Shown here piece by piece: positions 29,610 through 32,000 of a stretch of 32,000 nt of DNA. The position numbers were made by a program, and so were the translations under genes. The stretch is taken from the NCBI RefSeq assembly GCF_000011805.1, contig NC_006841.2. The stretch is one strand, 5' to 3'. The DNA is from Aliivibrio fischeri ES114. Its GTDB lineage: Bacteria; Pseudomonadota; Gammaproteobacteria; Enterobacterales; Vibrionaceae. Each line of letters opens with the position of its first letter. Position 1 is the stretch's first letter. The notes beneath the pieces were generated by a model. That model worked only from the letters and a program-made list of their open reading frames with translations, was not told where the DNA came from and searched no databases.

Positions 29610-32000
29610 TCCCTGCAATTATACGTTGGTCTATTAAAAATCGATTTTTAGTTTTAGTTGCTACTTTTGCCCTTGTTGTTGCTGGAATTTACAGTGTAAA
29701 GAATACGCCTGTTGATGCTTTGCCGGATCTTTCTGATGTTCAAGTGATCATCAAAACAAGTTATCCAGGGCAAGCACCACAAGTGGTGGAAGATCAAGTG
29801 ACTTATCCTTTAACGACGGCCATGTTAGCCGTACCCGGAGCAGAGACGGTTCGAGGTTATTCCTTCTTTGGTGATTCTTACGTATATATCATTTTTAACG
29901 ATGATACAGACATGTACTGGGCACGTTCGCGTGTTTTAGAGTATCTAAGTCAAGTTGCACCTAAGTTACCAGCAGAAGCAAAACCGACATTAGGCCCAGA
30001 TGCAACCGGTGTTGGTTGGGTGTATAGCTATGTATTACAAGATAAAACCGGTCAGCATGACCTTGCTGAACTGCGCAGTTTGCAAGATTGGTTTTTAAAA
30101 TATGAATTACAAACGGTTGATGGGGTATCAGAAGTTGCTACGGTAGGCGGAATGGTAAAGCAATATCAGGTTGAAATTGATCCTGATAAGTTAAGAGCTT
30201 ACAACTTAACCTTACAACAGGTTAATAAAGCCATTAAAGAGGGAAATCAAGAAACGGGAGCATCCGTTATTGAAGTGGCAGAAGCTGAACATATGGTACG
30301 TACATCAGGTTACTTAAGTAGTGTTGAAGATATCCAATCTTTGCCACTAAAAGTAACAGATAAAGGTACGCCTCTGTTATTAGGTGATATTGCTGATATT
30401 AATTTAGGCCCACAAATGCGCCGAGGGATCTCTGAGTTTAATGGAGAAGGGGAAGCCGTTGGTGGTGTGATTGTGATGCGATTTGGTGAGAACGCCAGCG
30501 AAGTTATTGCTAACGTGAAAGAAAAGTTAGCTCAACTTCAAAAGGGCTTACCAGATGGTGTTGAAATAAAAGCCACTTATGATCGCTCAACATTAATCGA
30601 TCACGCCGTGAAGAACCTTTGGGAGAAATTAGCAGAAGAGTTCATTGTTGTTGCTATTGTTTGTGCTCTGTTCTTATTCCACATACGGTCTTCATTGGTC
30701 ATCGCATTAAGTTTACCCGTTGGGATCTTGAGTGCTTTTATTGTGATGCATTGGCAAGGTATTAACGCAAACATCATGTCCTTAGGTGGTATTGCGATAG
30801 CCATAGGGGCGATGGTTGATGGTGCGATTGTAATGATTGAAAACGTACATAAGCATATAGAAAAAACACCATTAACCGATAAAAACCGTTGGCAAGTGAT
30901 TGGTAAAGCGGCAGAAGAAGTCGGGCCTCCATTATTTTTCTCTTTACTTATCATAACGTTAAGCTTTGTTCCTGTATTTGCTCTTGAAGGGCAAGAAGGA
31001 AAAATGTTTTCTCCATTAGCTTTTACTAAAACCTTTGCGATGGCGGCATCTGCTGGCTTAGCTATTACGTTGGTACCCGTATTAATGGGCTATTTTGTGC
31101 GAGGAAAGATCTTACCTGAGCATAAGAACCCAATTAATAAAACACTGGTTTCATTATATCGACCGTTACTTAATGTGAGCTTGCGTTTCCCTAAAACGAT
31201 GTTACTTGTTGCTATGGTACTGATGGGCTCAGCTTATTACCCAATATCTAAGATGGGGAGTGAATTTATTCCTCCGTTAGATGAAGGGGATTTAATGTAT
31301 ATGCCAACGACGTATCCGGGCATCTCTATTGGTAAAGCGCGTGAATTATTACAGCAAACCAATAAGTTAATTAAAACGGTACCAGAGGTAGATACGGTCT
31401 GGGGGAAAATTGGTCGAGCAGAAACAGCGACCGATCCTGCACCATTAACGATGATCGAAACGGTGATTCAGTTCAAACCTAAAGATGAATGGCGTGACGG
31501 TGTCACAACTGAATCAATTAAAAACGAACTAGACCAATTGATTCAATTTCCTGGAATTACAAATGCATGGGTAATGCCGATTAAAACTCGTATCGATATG
31601 TTGGCGACTGGGATTAAAACACCAATAGGAATAAAAATAGCAGGGCCAGATCTTAATGTTATTGAAAAGATAGGGGCGGAGTTAGAACCGATTTTAAATA
31701 ACATCCAAGGAACGACTTCTGTTTACGCAGAGCGTGTTGCTGGTGGTCGCTATGTCACGATTGATATTAAACGCCGTCAAGCTGCTCGATATGGACTAAA
31801 TATTAAAGATATTCAGCAGGTTATATCAACAGCCGTTGGTGGAATGAATGTTGGTGAAACCATTGAGGGCCTAGAGCGTTATCCAATTAACGTTCGATAT
31901 CCGCAATCGTATCGAGACTCAGTCGTTAAATTACAAAACTTGCCTCTTATCACATCAAGTGGTGCTCGAATTGCTCTAGGTGACGTGGCGGAGATCCGTT
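29606..32000 (+). CDS. cusA: Heavy-metal (Cu+/Ag+) efflux RND permease CusA, 5' ~798 codons (3' end outside the window)
   Basis: Absent from the ORF track because it has no stop in the window. My own translation from the ATG at 29606 (ATGA overlap with the cusB stop) gives [21 protein letters not shown]...[39 protein letters not shown], near-identical to E. coli CusA. The Met triad context is conserved: [23 protein letters not shown]. Confidence 0.95.
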   Translation, partial: MIPAIIRWSIKNRFLVLVATFALVVAGIYSVKNTPVDALPDLSDVQVIIKTSYPGQAPQVVEDQVTYPLTTAMLAVPGAETVRGYSFFGDSYVYIIFNDDTDMYWARSRVLEYLSQVAPKLPAEAKPTLGPDATGVGWVYSYVLQDKTGQHDLAELRSLQDWFLKYELQTVDGVSEVATVGGMVKQYQVEIDPDKLRAYNLTLQQVNKAIKEGNQETGASVIEVAEAEHMVRTSGYLSSVEDIQSLPLKVTDKGTPLLLGDIADINLGPQMRRGISEFNGEGEAVGGVIVMRFGENASEVIANVKEKLAQLQKGLPDGVEIKATYDRSTLIDHAVKNLWEKLAEEFIVVAIVCALFLFHIRSSLVIALSLPVGILSAFIVMHWQGINANIMSLGGIAIAIGAMVDGAIVMIENVHKHIEKTPLTDKNRWQVIGKAAEEVGPPLFFSLLIITLSFVPVFALEGQEGKMFSPLAFTKTFAMAASAGLAITLVPVLMGYFVRGKILPEHKNPINKTLVSLYRPLLNVSLRFPKTMLLVAMVLMGSAYYPISKMGSEFIPPLDEGDLMYMPTTYPGISIGKARELLQQTNKLIKTVPEVDTVWGKIGRAETATDPAPLTMIETVIQFKPKDEWRDGVTTESIKNELDQLIQFPGITNAWVMPIKTRIDMLATGIKTPIGIKIAGPDLNVIEKIGAELEPILNNIQGTTSVYAERVAGGRYVTIDIKRRQAARYGLNIKDIQQVISTAVGGMNVGETIEGLERYPINVRYPQSYRDSVVKLQNLPLITSSGARIALGDVAEIR

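Noticed and set aside
19337-30954. Embedded or antisense track ORFs in the right half (19337-19525, 20440-20625, 21079-21378, 22222-22407, 24968-25153, 28813-29031, 29069-29290, 29309-29503, 30601-30954)
   Set aside because: They lie antisense to, or out of frame within, the HK, PTS, acyltransferase, cusB and cusA genes, or in a promoter region. They lack translation signals. The 117-aa ORF at 30601-30954 is antisense to the highly conserved CusA transmembrane region.

Overview
AT-rich gammaproteobacterial chromosome, Vibrionaceae-like judging by protein similarity and gene order (inference). About 60% of the window is conserved housekeeping sequence. It starts with the distal end of an rRNA operon: 23S 3' end, 5S, then tRNA-Trp. 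A family II (Mn-dependent) inorganic pyrophosphatase follows. Next comes a block syntenic with E. coli: DUF2062 / comEC-msbA-lpxK-ycaR-kdsB / elyC / cmoM-mukF-mukE-mukB. The more variable right half (17.6-32 kb) encodes a DnaJ-related protein, an unassigned OmpR-type two-component system, and a divergent acidic zinc-ribbon protein. It continues with a glucose/GlcNAc-family PTS EIICB, nnrS with an NsrR-like operator, an alpha/beta hydrolase and an acyltransferase-3 membrane protein. It ends with a Cu(I)/Ag(I)-type HME-RND efflux locus (cusC-cusB-cusA, with cusA running off the window end). I found no integrase, transposase, CRISPR array, toxin-antitoxin pair or recognisable defence system, and nothing I can defend as a wholly new system. 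The most unusual locus is the cus region. It has a CueR/MerR-type 19-bp-spacer promoter instead of an adjacent cusRS. Its first gene encodes a secreted Cys/His/Met-rich protein, and CusB carries a fused C-terminal CusF-like domain that lacks one canonical Met ligand. Secondary observations are a tandem duplication that created a truncated tRNA-Trp pseudogene with a duplicated terminator, and a 50-aa TFIIB-like zinc-ribbon ORF that is absent from the supplied ORF track. All homology statements rest on by-eye comparison with remembered family sequences; no searches were run.
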